A stretch of DNA of 64,000 nt, taken from an uncultured Solirubrobacterales bacterium. GTDB lineage: Bacteria; Actinomycetota; Thermoleophilia; Solirubrobacterales; 70-9. A model generated the notes under the pieces. That model had not been told where the DNA came from. It searched no databases and saw only the letters and a list, made by a program, of their open reading frames with translations. This document shows, one piece after another, positions 40,524 through 50,620 of the stretch. Both the position numbers and the translations under genes were made by a program. Within the stretch, counting starts at the first letter, position 1. Each line of letters begins with the position of its first letter. Location: NCBI GenBank assembly GCA_963822295.1, contig CAWGHD010000001.1, forward strand, positions 4,577 through 68,576, given 5' to 3'.

Positions 40524-40943
40524 ATGCTGATGCCGAAGCGGGTCAAGCACCGCAAACAGATGCGCGGCCGGATGCGCGGCAACACCAAGGGCGGCAGCAG
40601 CGTCGCCTTCGGCGAGTACGGCCTCAAGGCGCTCGACCGCGGCTGGATCACGAACCGCCAGATCGAGGCCGCCCGTGTCGCGATGACCCGCAAGATCAAA
40701 CGTGGCGGGAAGGTCTGGATCAACGTCTTCCCCGACAAGCCGTACACGAAAAAGCCGGCCGAGACCCGGATGGGCTCCGGCAAGGGCAACCCCGAGGGCT
40801 GGGTGGCCGTCGTCAAGCCGGGCAAAGTCATGTTCGAGCTGGCCGGCGTGCCCGAGGACTTGGCCAAAGAGGCGCTCCGCCTCGCCGGGCACAAGCTTCC
40901 CGTCCGCACCAAGTTCGTCGCGCGAGAGGGGGCCGAGTCCTGA
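40524..40943 (+). CDS. rplP: 50S ribosomal protein L16
   Basis: '[81 protein letters not shown]'. Confidence 0.95.
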   Translation: MLMPKRVKHRKQMRGRMRGNTKGGSSVAFGEYGLKALDRGWITNRQIEAARVAMTRKIKRGGKVWINVFPDKPYTKKPAETRMGSGKGNPEGWVAVVKPGKVMFELAGVPEDLAKEALRLAGHKLPVRTKFVAREGAES

Positions 40944-41155
40944 TGAAGGCGGGCGAGGTCCACAACCTCAAGGACGACGAGCTCGTGGCGAAGCTGATCG
41001 AGGCCAAGCAGGAGGCGTTCAACCTGCGCTTCCGGCACGCGACCGGCGAGCTCGAGAACACCGCCGGGATCGGCGCCTCGCGGCGCGATGTCGCAAGGCT
41101 GATGACGGTCGCCCGCCAGCGCGGGATCGACGTCGACAAAGAGCTGAGGAAATGA
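40943..41155 (+). CDS. rpmC: 50S ribosomal protein L29
   Basis: '[61 protein letters not shown]'. TGATG overlap with rplP. Confidence 0.9.
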   Translation: MKAGEVHNLKDDELVAKLIEAKQEAFNLRFRHATGELENTAGIGASRRDVARLMTVARQRGIDVDKELRK

Positions 41156-41348
41156 TGGCGACGACGAGACGAAAAAAGACGAGACGACCGAGGAGGCTCC
41201 TCAGGACGAGGCGCCCGAGGCGGCGGTCGAGGAGACCCCTGTCGAGGAGGCCCCCGCAGAGGAGGCGCCCCCGGCCGACGACTCTGCAGACGATGCTCCC
41301 GCCGACGCTCCTGCTCCTGAGAAGGGTGGGTCTTCGGACGATCCGGAC

Positions 41349-41792
41349 ATGCCTTGGAAGGCCAAGCGGCGCCTCGAGCGCTCGCGCCGGCCGCACGAGC
41401 CGCAGCCGGCGCTCAGCCCCGAGGAGCGGGCCGCGAAACGGCTTGCGGACCGCAAGGCCGCCGCGGCGACGCGGCGCAAGACCCGGGCCGCCGCCAAGGC
41501 GAAGCACCAGCCGGGCACCGGCACGCCGGTCGCCCAGCCCGACCCCAACGCCGCCAAGGTGCGGCAGGGGATCGTCGTCTCCGACAAAGGCGAGAAATCG
41601 ATCACGGTCCGGATCGACATCGTCCGGCGCCACCCCACTTACGAGAAGGTCGTCCGCCGCTCGCGCACGCTGCACGCGCACGACGAGGGCAACCAGGCGG
41701 GCGAGGGCGACGTGGTCCGGATCGTCGAGACGCGCCCGCTCTCGAAGACGAAGCGCTGGCGCCTGGTCGACGTGGTCGAGAAAGCGAAGTAG
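41349..41792 (+). CDS. rpsQ: 30S ribosomal protein S17 with a long N-terminal extension (first in-frame ATG used; the frame is open back to 41148)
   Basis: Core '[78 protein letters not shown]'. About 70 basic residues lie between the ATG and the core. See the finding on 41148-41348. Confidence 0.8.
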   Translation: MPWKAKRRLERSRRPHEPQPALSPEERAAKRLADRKAAAATRRKTRAAAKAKHQPGTGTPVAQPDPNAAKVRQGIVVSDKGEKSITVRIDIVRRHPTYEKVVRRSRTLHAHDEGNQAGEGDVVRIVETRPLSKTKRWRLVDVVEKAK

Positions 41793-41801
41793 GGCAGCGA
41801 C

Positions 41802-42173
41802 GTGATCCAGCAGGAGTCAAGACTCAAGGTCGCCGACAACTCGGGCGCCAGCGAGATCCTCTGCATCCGGGTCAAAGGCGGCTCCCACCGGCGCTACGCC
41901 GGTGTCGGCGACGTGATCACCGCGACCGTCAAACAGGCGAGCCCGCAGGGCGGCGTCCGCAAGGGCGAGGTCGTCCAGGCCGTCGTCGTGCGCACCCGCA
42001 AGCAGCTCGGCCGCTCCGACGGCACCTACATCGCCTTCGACGAGAACGCCGCGGTGCTGATCGACCCGGCCAGCAACAACCCGCGCGGGACCCGCATCTT
42101 CGGCCCGGTCGCCCGCGAGCTGCGCGATCGCAACTTCATGAAAATCGTCTCGCTCGCACCCGAGGTGCTCTGA
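41802..42173 (+). CDS. rplN: 50S ribosomal protein L14
   Basis: '[73 protein letters not shown]'. Confidence 0.96.
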   Translation: MIQQESRLKVADNSGASEILCIRVKGGSHRRYAGVGDVITATVKQASPQGGVRKGEVVQAVVVRTRKQLGRSDGTYIAFDENAAVLIDPASNNPRGTRIFGPVARELRDRNFMKIVSLAPEVL

Positions 42174-42175
42174 TC

Positions 42176-42515
42176 ATGGGCCGGACGATGCGGATCAGGA
42201 ACGACGACCAGGTGATCATCATCGGCGGCAAGGACGCCGGCAAGACCGGCCGGGTCGTCCCGCACCGAACCGAAAAAGCACCGCGTCTACGTCGAGGACC
42301 TCAACATCATCAAGCGCCACGAACGGCCGCGCTCGGTCAAAGACGCCTCGCGCGGCGGCGAGGTCGGCGGCATCGTCGAAAAGGAGGGGCCGATCCACGT
42401 CTCCAACGTGATGCTGCTCGACCCCAAAGACAACAAGCCGACCCGCGTCGGCGTGCGCCGCGACCAGGGCGGCAATCGCGAGCGCTTCGCCAAGCGCTCG
42501 GGAACGGCCTTCTGA
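42176..42515 (+). CDS. rplX: 50S ribosomal protein L24 (one apparent 1-nt insertion near 42260)
   Basis: '[28 protein letters not shown]' (KOW) then, after a +1 shift, '[64 protein letters not shown]'. Confidence 0.88.
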
Positions 42516-43327
42516 TGGAGGCGACCGCCACACAGACCCAGCCGGCGCCGCCGCCGCGCCTGCGCGAGCGCTACGAGGAGGAGGTGCTGCCCTCGCTGGT
42601 CAAGAAATTCAAGTACTCGACGCCGATGCAGGCCCCGACGCTGATCAAGATCACCCTCAACATGGGGGTCGGCGAGGCGAAGCAGGACAACAAGCTGCTC
42701 GAAGCCGCCCAGGAGCAGCTGGCGACGATCGCCGGCCAGCAGCCGAACGTGCGCCGCGCCCGCAAGTCGATCGCCTCCTTCAAGGTCCGCGAGGGGATGC
42801 CGGTCGGCGTCTCCGTCACCCTGCGCAGGGCGCGGATGTGGGAGTTCCTCGACCGCCTCTGCTCGATCGCGGTGCCCCGGATCCGCGACTTCCGCGGCCT
42901 CAACCCGCGCTCCTTCGACGGCCGCGGCAACTACTCGATGGGCGTCAAGGAGCAGCTGATCTTCCCGGAAATCGACTACGACTCGATCGACGAGGTCCGC
43001 GGTCTCGACATCACGATCACGACCACGGCACAGACGGACCTCGAGGCCTTCGAGCTGCTGCTCGCGCTCGGCATGCCATTCGCCCAGGACGGGCGGCCCG
43101 GCGGTGCCGACGAGGAGAAGCTGGCCGAGGAAGAGGAGGAGAAGCGCAAGGAGGAGGCCCGGCTCAAGGCCGAGGCCGAGGCGGCCGCGCTCGAGCAGCT
43201 CAAAGAGGAGAACCCCGAGGCCTATGCCAAGCCGGAGCCCGAAGAGGAGCGAGGCGAGGAGGGCGAAGCGGGCGACGACGGCGACGCGGACAGCTCGCCG
43301 GACGAGGAGAATCAGGACGATGGCTAA
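42515..43327 (+). CDS. rplE: 50S ribosomal protein L5 with a ~85-aa acidic C-terminal extension
   Basis: '[105 protein letters not shown]'. Tail '[33 protein letters not shown]'. Confidence 0.93.
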   Translation: MEATATQTQPAPPPRLRERYEEEVLPSLVKKFKYSTPMQAPTLIKITLNMGVGEAKQDNKLLEAAQEQLATIAGQQPNVRRARKSIASFKVREGMPVGVSVTLRRARMWEFLDRLCSIAVPRIRDFRGLNPRSFDGRGNYSMGVKEQLIFPEIDYDSIDEVRGLDITITTTAQTDLEAFELLLALGMPFAQDGRPGGADEEKLAEEEEEKRKEEARLKAEAEAAALEQLKEENPEAYAKPEPEEERGEEGEAGDDGDADSSPDEENQDDG

Positions 43328-43505
43328 GACTTCCCAGAAGGTCCGACAGGGCCGCAAACCCAAGTTCAAGACCCGTGGCTACAGCCGCTGCCGGCGCTGC
43401 GGGCGCCCGCGCGCCTTTTACCGCAAGTTCGGCCTCTGCCGGATCTGCCTGCGCGAGGCGGCCCACGAGGGCTACGTCCCCGGCATGACGAAGTCGAGCT
43501 GGTGA
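43320..43505 (+). CDS. rpsN: 30S ribosomal protein S14, type Z (61 aa, Cys4)
   Basis: '[61 protein letters not shown]'. 8-nt overlap with rplE. Confidence 0.93.
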   Translation: MAKTSQKVRQGRKPKFKTRGYSRCRRCGRPRAFYRKFGLCRICLREAAHEGYVPGMTKSSW

Positions 43506-43512
43506 GGGCGAG

Positions 43513-43908
43513 ATGCAGACCGACCCGATAGCCGATTACCTGACCCGGATCCGCAATGCGATCGGCTCCGGCCATGACGAGGTGGAGATCCCCGCCTCGG
43601 GGCTGAAGCTGGAGATGTCCCGCATCCTCAAGGAGCAGGGCTACATCCGCGACTTCAACAAACAGCCCGCCAAGGTCGGCGAGGCGATCAGGATCCGCCT
43701 CAAGTACACCGAGGACCGCCAGCCGGTGATCCTCGGCCTGGAGCGGATCTCGCGCCCCGGCCGGCGCCGCTACGTCGACCACAAGCAGGTCCCGCGCGTG
43801 GACGGTGGAACCGGGACCGCGATCGTCAGCACCTCGGTCGGCGTGATGACCGGCCACGAGGCGAAGCAGAGGGGTGTCGGCGGCGAGGTAGTCGCGTACG
43901 TCTGGTGA
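43513..43908 (+). CDS. rpsH: 30S ribosomal protein S8
   Basis: '[76 protein letters not shown]'. Confidence 0.95.
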   Translation: MQTDPIADYLTRIRNAIGSGHDEVEIPASGLKLEMSRILKEQGYIRDFNKQPAKVGEAIRIRLKYTEDRQPVILGLERISRPGRRRYVDHKQVPRVDGGTGTAIVSTSVGVMTGHEAKQRGVGGEVVAYVW

Positions 43909-43915
43909 GGCAGCG

Positions 43916-44449
43916 ATGAGTCGAATCGGAAGAAAGCCAATCGAGTTGCCCGAGGCCGTCACGGTCGAGATCGCCCCTGGGCGGGTCGCCGTCAAGGGCC
44001 CGAAGGGCGAGCTCGACCAGCGCCTCTCGCCGGACATGAAGGTCGAGCAGGCCGAGAGCTCGGTCACCGTCGAGCGACCCACCGACCGCGGCGAGCACCG
44101 CGCCCTGCACGGCCTGACGCGCAGCCTGATCGCGAACATGGTCGAGGGCGTCACCAACGGCTTCGAGAAGAAACTGGAGATCCAGGGCGTCGGCTACAGG
44201 GCCCAGCTCAAGGGCAAGAACCTGGAGATGGCGCTCGGCTACTCGCACTCGGTCACGGTCGAGCCGCCCGAGGGCATCGAGTTCGAGGTCCCGCAGCCGA
44301 CGGAGATCGTCGTCCGCGGGATCGACAAGCAGCTCGTCGGCCAGGTCGCAGCGGACATCCGCAAGCGCCGGCCCCCGGAGCCCTACAAGGGCAAGGGCAT
44401 CCGCTACCGCGGCGAGCACGTCATGCGCAAGGTGGGTAAGCGCGCATGA
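43916..44449 (+). CDS. rplF: 50S ribosomal protein L6
   Basis: '[76 protein letters not shown]'. Confidence 0.95.
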   Translation: MSRIGRKPIELPEAVTVEIAPGRVAVKGPKGELDQRLSPDMKVEQAESSVTVERPTDRGEHRALHGLTRSLIANMVEGVTNGFEKKLEIQGVGYRAQLKGKNLEMALGYSHSVTVEPPEGIEFEVPQPTEIVVRGIDKQLVGQVAADIRKRRPPEPYKGKGIRYRGEHVMRKVGKRA

Positions 44450-44799
44450 CCGTCGTCACCAAGCGCCAGGCGCGCCTGCGCCGCCGTCGCCGCGTCCGCG
44501 CCCGCATCATCGGCACGGCCGAGCGTCCTCGCCTCTCGGTCTACCGCTCCAATCGCGGCGTCTTCGCCCAGCTCATCGACGACGGCAAGGGCCACACGGT
44601 CGCTGCCGTCAACTGGATCGAGCCCGAGCTGCGCAAGCTGACCGCCAGCGAGCAGGCCAAGAAGGCCGGCGAACTGCTCGCCGAGCGCGGCAAGGCCGCC
44701 GGCGTCGAGAGCTGCGTCTTCGACCGCGGCGGCTACCAGTTCCACGGCAGGGTCAAGGCCCTCGCCGAAGGCGCCCGCGAGGGAGGGCTGCGCTTCTAA
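44446..44799 (+). CDS. rplR: 50S ribosomal protein L18
   Basis: '[68 protein letters not shown]'. ATGA overlap with rplF. Confidence 0.94.
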   Translation: MTVVTKRQARLRRRRRVRARIIGTAERPRLSVYRSNRGVFAQLIDDGKGHTVAAVNWIEPELRKLTASEQAKKAGELLAERGKAAGVESCVFDRGGYQFHGRVKALAEGAREGGLRF

Positions 44800-44821
44800 C
44801 CGCTACGGTGAGCGACTCGCT

Positions 44822-45766
44822 ATGAAGGGCATGGACATGACAAACGTGGAGACGGTGAGCCCCAGGGGCCTCGATCTCCAGGAGCGGGTGATCGAGATCA
44901 ACCGCGTCGCCAAGGTGGTCAAGGGCGGCCGTCGCTTCTCGTTCACGGCGCTGGTCGCCGTCGGCGACGAGGAGGGCGTGGTCGGAATCGGCTACGGCAA
45001 GGCCCGCGAGGTCCCGCTTGCGATCCAGAAGGGCGTCGAGAACGCCCGCAAGAACCTGATCCGGGTGCCCAAATACGGGCAGACCCTGACCCACAAGATC
45101 ATCGGCCGCTACGGCGCGGGGCACGTCGTCCTGCGCCCGGCCAGCCCCGGTACCGGCGTGATCGCCGGCGGCGGCGTGCGGGCGGTGCTCGAGCTCGGCG
45201 GCGTCCGCGACGTGCTGACCAAGAGCATCGGAACCCAGAACCCGATCAACCTCGTCAAGGCGACGATGGACGGGCTGATCCGGTTGCGGCGGCCTGAGGA
45301 GGTTGCTGAGCTGCGCGGGTTGACTGTCAGCCAGGTGCTTGGGGTTGCTCCCAAGGCCGAGAAGGTTGCGGCGACACTTACTGCTGACGGAGGCGCTTCG
45401 GCCGCCGCTGACGCGGCATCCGAGGGGCCTGCGGGCGGGGGCTCCGCCTCCGTTCTCGACCCCTCGGATACCGCGCCACCGGCGGAGGAGCCGACTGCCC
45501 CAGCGACTGAGGTTCCGGCCGCCGAGGCTGACGCACCGGCCGAGGAGCCGGCTGAGCAGGACGCGAAAGCCGAGGAGGCGAAAGCCCCGGCCAAGGAGAC
45601 CGCTGAACAGCCGAAAGCCGAGGAGGCCGAGGCTCCCGCTGAGGAGGCGAGCGGCCCGGCCGACGCGCCTACTGAGGTGGAGGCGACCGAGCAGGCCGAG
45701 GCGGAGATTCCGGCCGCCCAGGAGGCCGCCGAGGAGGCTCCGGCCGCCGAGGAGGACAAGTCGTGA
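44822..45766 (+). CDS. rpsE: 30S ribosomal protein S5 with a ~140-aa Ala/Glu/Pro-rich C-terminal extension (start could be 44831 or 44837)
   Basis: '[92 protein letters not shown]'. Tail '[49 protein letters not shown]'. Confidence 0.93.
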   Translation: MKGMDMTNVETVSPRGLDLQERVIEINRVAKVVKGGRRFSFTALVAVGDEEGVVGIGYGKAREVPLAIQKGVENARKNLIRVPKYGQTLTHKIIGRYGAGHVVLRPASPGTGVIAGGGVRAVLELGGVRDVLTKSIGTQNPINLVKATMDGLIRLRRPEEVAELRGLTVSQVLGVAPKAEKVAATLTADGGASAAADAASEGPAGGGSASVLDPSDTAPPAEEPTAPATEVPAAEADAPAEEPAEQDAKAEEAKAPAKETAEQPKAEEAEAPAEEASGPADAPTEVEATEQAEAEIPAAQEAAEEAPAAEEDKS

Positions 45767-45942
45767 GCGCGGTCAAGATCCGCCAGGTCAGGTCGGCCAA
45801 CGGGTCCAACCCGAGCCAGAAAGGCACTCTGAAGGCTCTCGGCCTCGGTCGCATCGGCAGGTCGGTCGAGCGCAAGGACTCGCCGCAGCTTCAGGGCCAG
45901 ATCAAGGTCGTCTCCCACCTGGTCGAGGTCGACGATGGCTGA
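45763..45942 (+). CDS. rpmD: 50S ribosomal protein L30 (59 aa, GTG start)
   Basis: Not in the ORF track (<60 aa). My translation is '[59 protein letters not shown]'. GTGA overlap with the rpsE stop. Confidence 0.88.
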   Translation: MSAVKIRQVRSANGSNPSQKGTLKALGLGRIGRSVERKDSPQLQGQIKVVSHLVEVDDG

Positions 45943-46489
45943 GAAAGCCGCGAAAGAGAAGGACAAAGCCGCCAAAGCCTCCGAGGAGAAGGAGGCGGCC
46001 CCCAGCGAGCGCTCGCAGGAGATCGGCCTCCACAACATCAGGCCGAAGCCCGGCTCCAAACGGCCGCGCAAGCGCGTCGGTCGCGGCGAGGGCAGCCGCG
46101 GCAAGACCTCCGGTCGCGGCCACAAGGGCTACGGCTCGCGCTCGGGCGCGAAGAAGAAGGCCGGCTACGAGGGCGGCCAGAACCCGATCCACATGCGGAT
46201 GCGAAAGCTCCGCGGCCCGCACAAAAAGACGTCGATGCCGTTCGAGAACTTCCGCACCAAGACGCAGCCGGTCAACCTCGCCGACCTCGACGAGCGCTTC
46301 GACTCAGGCGCCGAGGTCAACCCCGACAGCCTCAGGGAGAAGGGCCTGGCGACCCGCAAGCTGCCGGTCAAGGTCCTCGCCCGCGGTGAGATCTCGAAGA
46401 AGCTCGACGTGCACGCTCACGGCTTCAGCGCCGCCGCCAAGGAGAAGATCGAGGCGGCAGGCGGCTCCTGCCACACTCTGGAGTCCTAA
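45935..46489 (+). CDS. rplO: 50S ribosomal protein L15 (with a ~25-aa charged N-terminal extension)
   Basis: 'LHNIRPKPGSKRPRKRVGRGEGSRGKTSGRGHKGYGSRSG..GYEGGQNPIHMRMRKLRG'. Confidence 0.93.
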   Translation: MAEKAAKEKDKAAKASEEKEAAPSERSQEIGLHNIRPKPGSKRPRKRVGRGEGSRGKTSGRGHKGYGSRSGAKKKAGYEGGQNPIHMRMRKLRGPHKKTSMPFENFRTKTQPVNLADLDERFDSGAEVNPDSLREKGLATRKLPVKVLARGEISKKLDVHAHGFSAAAKEKIEAAGGSCHTLES

Positions 46490-47763
46490 TGATCAGGACC
46501 ATCGCGAACGCATTCAGCGTCGCCGACATCCGCAAGAAGCTCGCCTTCACCGCGGCGATGCTGCTGCTCTACAGGCTCGGCGCCTACATCCCCTCGCCGG
46601 GGGTGGACATCGACGCCGTCAGGGAAGTCCAGGACAACTTCGGCGGCTCCAACATCCTCGGCTTCCTCAACCTCTTCTCGGGCGGCGGCCTCGAGCGCCT
46701 CTCGCTCTTCGCGCTGGGGATCATGCCCTACATCACGGCCTCGATCATCCTGCAGCTGCTGACCGTGGTCGTGCCCTCGCTGGAGAAACTCCAGAAAGAA
46801 GGCGAGGTGGGGCAGCAGAAGATCACCCAGTACACGCGCTACCTGACGGTCGGGCTCGCCTTCGGCCAGTCCTTCGGCTACGTCCTCCTCTTCCGGTCCT
46901 TCGGCGAACAGGCGGGCAGCGACAACCTCCTCGGCAGCCTCGCCGGCCCGAAAGTGCTGCTCATCGTGATCAGCCTCACCGCGGGCTGCACGCTGCTCAT
47001 GTGGCTGGGCGAGCTGATCACCCAACGCGGCATCGGCAATGGGATCTCGTTGATGATCTTCGCCTCGATCGTCTCCGGCCTGCCCGGGGGGATCACGGCG
47101 TGGTGGACCAACCCGGACCAGGTCTTCGTCGTGATGATGCCCTTCATCGCGCTGGCGGTGATCGTCGCGATCGTCTTCGTCCAGGAGGGACAGCGGCGGA
47201 TCCCCGTCCAGTACGCGAAACGGATGGTCGGCCGGAAAATGACCTCCGGCGGCTCGACCTACCTGCCGCTGCGGGTCAACATGGCCGGCGTCATCCCGGT
47301 CATCTTCGCCGCCTCGATCATGGCCTTCCCGCCGACGATCGGACAGCTCCTCAACACGCCCGCCGCGCTCGACTTCGCCGCCTTCTTCAGCCCCGACGGG
47401 TGGGCCTACGTGGTCGGCGAGGTGTTCTTCATCATCATCTTCACCTACTTCTACACGGCGGTCACCTTCAACCCCGTGGACCAGGCCGACAACCTGAAGA
47501 AATACGGCGGGTTCATCCCCGGGGTGCGCCCCGGTCGGCCGACCGCCGAGTACCTGGACCGCATCCTCTCGCGGCTGACCTTCCCGGGAGCGCTCTACCT
47601 GGGCGCGGTCGCGGCCCTTCCGACAATCCTGATCAGCCAGACCTCGGCGAACTTCTTCTTCGGCGGCACCTCGATCCTGATCGTGATCGGCGTCGCGCTG
47701 GACACTGTGAAGCAGCTCGAGGCGCAGCTGATGATGCGCAACTACGAGGGCTTCCTGAAATAG
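46489..47763 (+). CDS. secY: preprotein translocase subunit SecY (424 aa, intact)
   Basis: 'LAFTAAMLLLYRLGAYIPSPGVD', 'LFALGIMPYITASIILQLL', 'LMWLGELITQRGIGNGISLMIFASI' and 'GGFIPGVRPGRPTAEYL'. Confidence 0.96.
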   Translation: MIRTIANAFSVADIRKKLAFTAAMLLLYRLGAYIPSPGVDIDAVREVQDNFGGSNILGFLNLFSGGGLERLSLFALGIMPYITASIILQLLTVVVPSLEKLQKEGEVGQQKITQYTRYLTVGLAFGQSFGYVLLFRSFGEQAGSDNLLGSLAGPKVLLIVISLTAGCTLLMWLGELITQRGIGNGISLMIFASIVSGLPGGITAWWTNPDQVFVVMMPFIALAVIVAIVFVQEGQRRIPVQYAKRMVGRKMTSGGSTYLPLRVNMAGVIPVIFAASIMAFPPTIGQLLNTPAALDFAAFFSPDGWAYVVGEVFFIIIFTYFYTAVTFNPVDQADNLKKYGGFIPGVRPGRPTAEYLDRILSRLTFPGALYLGAVAALPTILISQTSANFFFGGTSILIVIGVALDTVKQLEAQLMMRNYEGFLK

Positions 47764-47770
47764 TCCGCGG

Positions 47771-48452
47771 ATGCCCGAGCTGAATCTCGTCCTTCTAGGC
47801 CCTCCAGGCAGCGGCAAGGGAACGCAGGGCGAGCGGCTGCGCGAAGACCTGCGGCTGCCCTACTACGCGACGGGCGACATCCTGCGTGCCGCCGTGCGCG
47901 ACGAGACCGAGCTGGGCCGCACCGCGAAGGAGTACATGGACCGCGGCGACCTGGTCCCGGACGAGGTGATCGTCGGCGTGATCGCCGACCGGGTCGACTC
48001 CGACGAGGCGGCCGACGGCTTCATCCTCGACGGCTTCCCCCGCACCGAGCCGCAGGCCGAGGCGCTGGCCGAGGAGCTGGAGAAGCTGGGACGGGGGCTG
48101 ACCGCGGTGCTGCTGATCGACGTCAGCGACGACGAGGTCGTCCGCAGGCTGGGCGGGCGACAGCACCTGCGAGGAGAGCGGCCACGTCTTCCATTTCGAG
48201 TTCAACCCCCCCGAGCGGGAGGGGGTCTGCGACCTCGACGGAAGCGCGCTCACGGTCCGTGACGACGACAAGCCCGAGGTGATCCGCCACCGGCTCGAGC
48301 AGTACCACGGGAAGACGGAGCCGCTGATCGACTACTACGACCACAAGAGCCTGCTGCGGCGGATCGACGGGGCGGCGACTCCGGACGAGGTCGCGGCGGA
48401 GCTCGAGCGGACGCTGGCGACCCTGAGGCTCGAAGGCGACGAGGCCATCTAG
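47771..48452 (+). CDS. adk: adenylate kinase (one apparent 1-nt insertion near 48160)
   Basis: 'LVLLGPPGSGKGTQGERL', 'YYATGDILRAAV' and 'GFILDGFPRT', then after a +1 shift 'TCEESGHVFHFEFNPPEREGVCDLDGSALTVRDDDKPEVIRHRLEQYHGKTEPLIDYY..*' (stop at 48450-48452). Confidence 0.9.
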
Positions 48453-48455
48453 AGC

Positions 48456-49217
48456 GTGTACAGGATGATCGTGCGCAAGACCCCTGAGCAGATCGACCAG
48501 ATGGCGGTCGCGGGCGACATCCTCGTCCGCTGCCTGCAGATGCTCGCCGCCAAGGCGCGGCCCGGGGTGACGACGAAGCAGCTCGACACGACGGCCGAGA
48601 AATTCATCCGCTCCCAGGGGGCGACGCCCGCCTTCAAGGGCTACCGGGGCTTCCCGGGCTCGATCTGCGCCTCGCCCAACTCGATGGTGGTGCACGGCAT
48701 CCCCGGCCCCTACGAGTGCCGCAAGGAAGACGTGCTCTCGATCGACGTCGGCGTCGTCAAGGACGGCTGGGTCGCCGATGCGGCGATGACCGTGCCGATC
48801 GGCCCGACCACGCCGGAGGCCGAGAAGCTGCTCGACGTGACCAGGGCCTCGCTCTTCGCCGGCGCCGAGCAGATGGTCCCCGGCAACCACGTCGGCGACG
48901 TCTCGGCGGCGATCCAGCGCACGGTCGAGGACGAGGGGCTCTCGATAATCCGCACCCTGGTCGGTCACGGCATCGGCCGGCAGATGCACGAGGACCCCCA
49001 GGTCCCGAACTTCGGCGAGCCCGGCAAGGGCCCCCTGATCGAGGAGGGGACGGTGCTGGCGATCGAGCCGATGGTCAACTTCGGCGGCCCGCAGGTCCGG
49101 ATGGGCGACGACGGCTGGGCCGTCTACTCGGAGGACGGCTCGCTCGCCGCCCATTTCGAGTTCACGGTCGCGGCCACCGGCGACGGGCCGCGCATCCTCA
49201 CCCCCTGGCACGAATAG
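48456..49217 (+). CDS. map: type I methionine aminopeptidase (GTG 48456 or ATG 48465)
   Basis: 'FKGYRGFPGSICASPNSMVVHGIP', 'SIDVGVVKDGWVADAAMT', 'VGHGIGRQMHEDPQVPNFG', 'GTVLAIEPMV' and 'AHFEFTVA'. Confidence 0.93.
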   Translation: MYRMIVRKTPEQIDQMAVAGDILVRCLQMLAAKARPGVTTKQLDTTAEKFIRSQGATPAFKGYRGFPGSICASPNSMVVHGIPGPYECRKEDVLSIDVGVVKDGWVADAAMTVPIGPTTPEAEKLLDVTRASLFAGAEQMVPGNHVGDVSAAIQRTVEDEGLSIIRTLVGHGIGRQMHEDPQVPNFGEPGKGPLIEEGTVLAIEPMVNFGGPQVRMGDDGWAVYSEDGSLAAHFEFTVAATGDGPRILTPWHE

Positions 49218-49223
49218 GGACCG

Positions 49224-49925
49224 ATGCCCGCACCGGCGGACCACGTGTTCGAGCCCGGGGACCAGCAGACCTGGTCCGCGGTCGACGATTACGTGTCCGA
49301 CCTGCTGTCGCCCCACGACGAGGCCTTGGAGCAGGCGATTGCCAGTGCCGTCGAGGCCGGTCTGCCGGCGATCCAGGTCTCGCCGCCGCAGGGCAAGCTG
49401 CTCGCCCTCCTGGCCCGCTCGATCGGTGCCCGCACGGCGCTCGAGTTCGGCACGCTCGGCGGCTACAGCACGATCTGGATCGCCAGGGCGCTGCCGGCAG
49501 ACGGGCGGCTGGTCACGCTCGAGGCCGATCCCACGTACGCGGAGGTGGCGCGGGCCAGCATCGAGCGCGCCGGGGTCGGCGACCGGGTCGAGGTCCGGGT
49601 CGGGCCCGCGCTCGAGACGCTGCCGCGGCTGGCGGAGGAGGGGGCGGGCCCGTTCGACCTCGTCTTCATCGACGCCGACAAGGTCAACACGCCGGAGTAC
49701 TTCGCCTGGTCGCTGGACCGCACCCGCCCCGGCGGCCTGATCGTCGCCGACAACGTCGTCCGTGACGGCGCCCTGGTCGACGAGGCGAACGAGGACCCCG
49801 CGATCGCCGCCCAGCGTCGTTTCCACGAGATGCTCGCCGCCGAGGCGCGGGTCGACGCGACGACGATCCAGACCGTCGGCGGCAAGGGCTACGACGGCTT
49901 CACCCTCGCTTTGGTCGGGCCCTGA
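49224..49925 (+). CDS. class I SAM-dependent O-methyltransferase (caffeoyl-CoA OMT-like, family 3)
   Basis: 'QVSPPQGKLLALLARSIGARTALEFGTLGGYSTIWIARALPADGRLVTLEADP', 'FDLVFIDADKVNTPEYF' and 'LRPGGLIVADNVV'. Confidence 0.8.
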   Translation: MPAPADHVFEPGDQQTWSAVDDYVSDLLSPHDEALEQAIASAVEAGLPAIQVSPPQGKLLALLARSIGARTALEFGTLGGYSTIWIARALPADGRLVTLEADPTYAEVARASIERAGVGDRVEVRVGPALETLPRLAEEGAGPFDLVFIDADKVNTPEYFAWSLDRTRPGGLIVADNVVRDGALVDEANEDPAIAAQRRFHEMLAAEARVDATTIQTVGGKGYDGFTLALVGP

Positions 49926-49934
49926 TGCGGATCT

Positions 49935-49971
49935 CATCAAGTTCGCCAGGCATCGCATGGTCAACTTGATG
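49935..49971 (+). other. 9-bp stem hairpin just after the O-methyltransferase stop
   Basis: CATCAAGTT (49935-49943) pairs with AACTTGATG (49963-49971) across a 19-nt loop; the T-tract is weak (TTTCTC). Confidence 0.35.
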
Positions 49972-49978
49972 CGATTTC

Positions 49979-50026
49979 TCCCGGTCGGCCTCGTGAACGC
50001 TGCCCTGCTATCTTTCCCGGTCGGCC
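49979..50026 (+). repeat. 12-nt direct repeat TCCCGGTCGGCC x2 upstream of rpmJ
   Basis: Identical 12-mers at 49979-49990 and 50015-50026 (36-bp register), in the 180-nt gap before rpmJ. Confidence 0.6.
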
Positions 50027-50105
50027 CAAGTGGCCGTTTAGTTGCGCCTGCCGTCCGACTCCTGGGGCGTCGCGGGAGTCCTGTTTTCGATACGAATCCG
50101 GAGCG

Positions 50106-50219
50106 ATGAAGGTCCGAGCTTCCGTAAAGCCGATGTGCGAAAAGTGCAAGATCATCCGCCGCAACGGCGCGGTGCTGGTGATCTGCCCGAATCCCCGCCA
50201 CAAGCAGCGGCAGGGCTAG
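50106..50219 (+). CDS. rpmJ: 50S ribosomal protein L36 (37 aa, zinc type)
   Basis: Not in the ORF track. My translation is '[37 protein letters not shown]', with GGAG upstream. Confidence 0.92.
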   Translation: MKVRASVKPMCEKCKIIRRNGAVLVICPNPRHKQRQG

Positions 50220-50231
50220 GGGCAGGCGACG

Positions 50232-50612
50232 ATGGCACGCATCGCGGGAGTCAACATCCCGGTTCAACAAACGGGTCGAAATCGGCCTCACCTACGTCTA
50301 CGGGATCGGCCAGTCGACCGCCCAGAAAATCCTCGCGAGACCAAGATCGACACGAGCACGCAGGTCAAGGACCTGACCGAGGACGAGGTCATCCGCCTGC
50401 GTGAAGCCGTCGAGCAGCACGAGGTCGAGGGCGACCTGCGCCGCGAGCGCTCGCAGAACGTCAAACGGCTGATGGAGATCGGCTCCTACCGCGGGCTGCG
50501 ACACCGCCGCGGGCTTCCCGTCCGCGGACAGCGGACCAAGACCAACGCGCGCGGCCGCAAGGGCCCGCGCCGGATGAGCGTCGCCGGCAAGCGCAAGGCG
50601 CCGCAGAAATAG
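50232..50612 (+). CDS. rpsM: 30S ribosomal protein S13 (compensating indel pair near 50264 and 50337)
   Basis: '[10 protein letters not shown]' and '[61 protein letters not shown]' are in frame. Between the indels the alternate frame gives the canonical '[24 protein letters not shown]'. Confidence 0.9.
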   Translation: MARIAGVNIPVQQTGRNRPHLRLRDRPVDRPENPRETKIDTSTQVKDLTEDEVIRLREAVEQHEVEGDLRRERSQNVKRLMEIGSYRGLRHRRGLPVRGQRTKTNARGRKGPRRMSVAGKRKAPQK

Positions 50613-50620
50613 AGATTTAG

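Noticed and set aside
49926-50105. Possible infA remnant or small ORF in the gap before rpmJ.
   Set aside because: No frame gives IF-1-like sequence (such as 'GRIVYRYK' or OB-fold strands). The gap is too short for the 72-aa protein.
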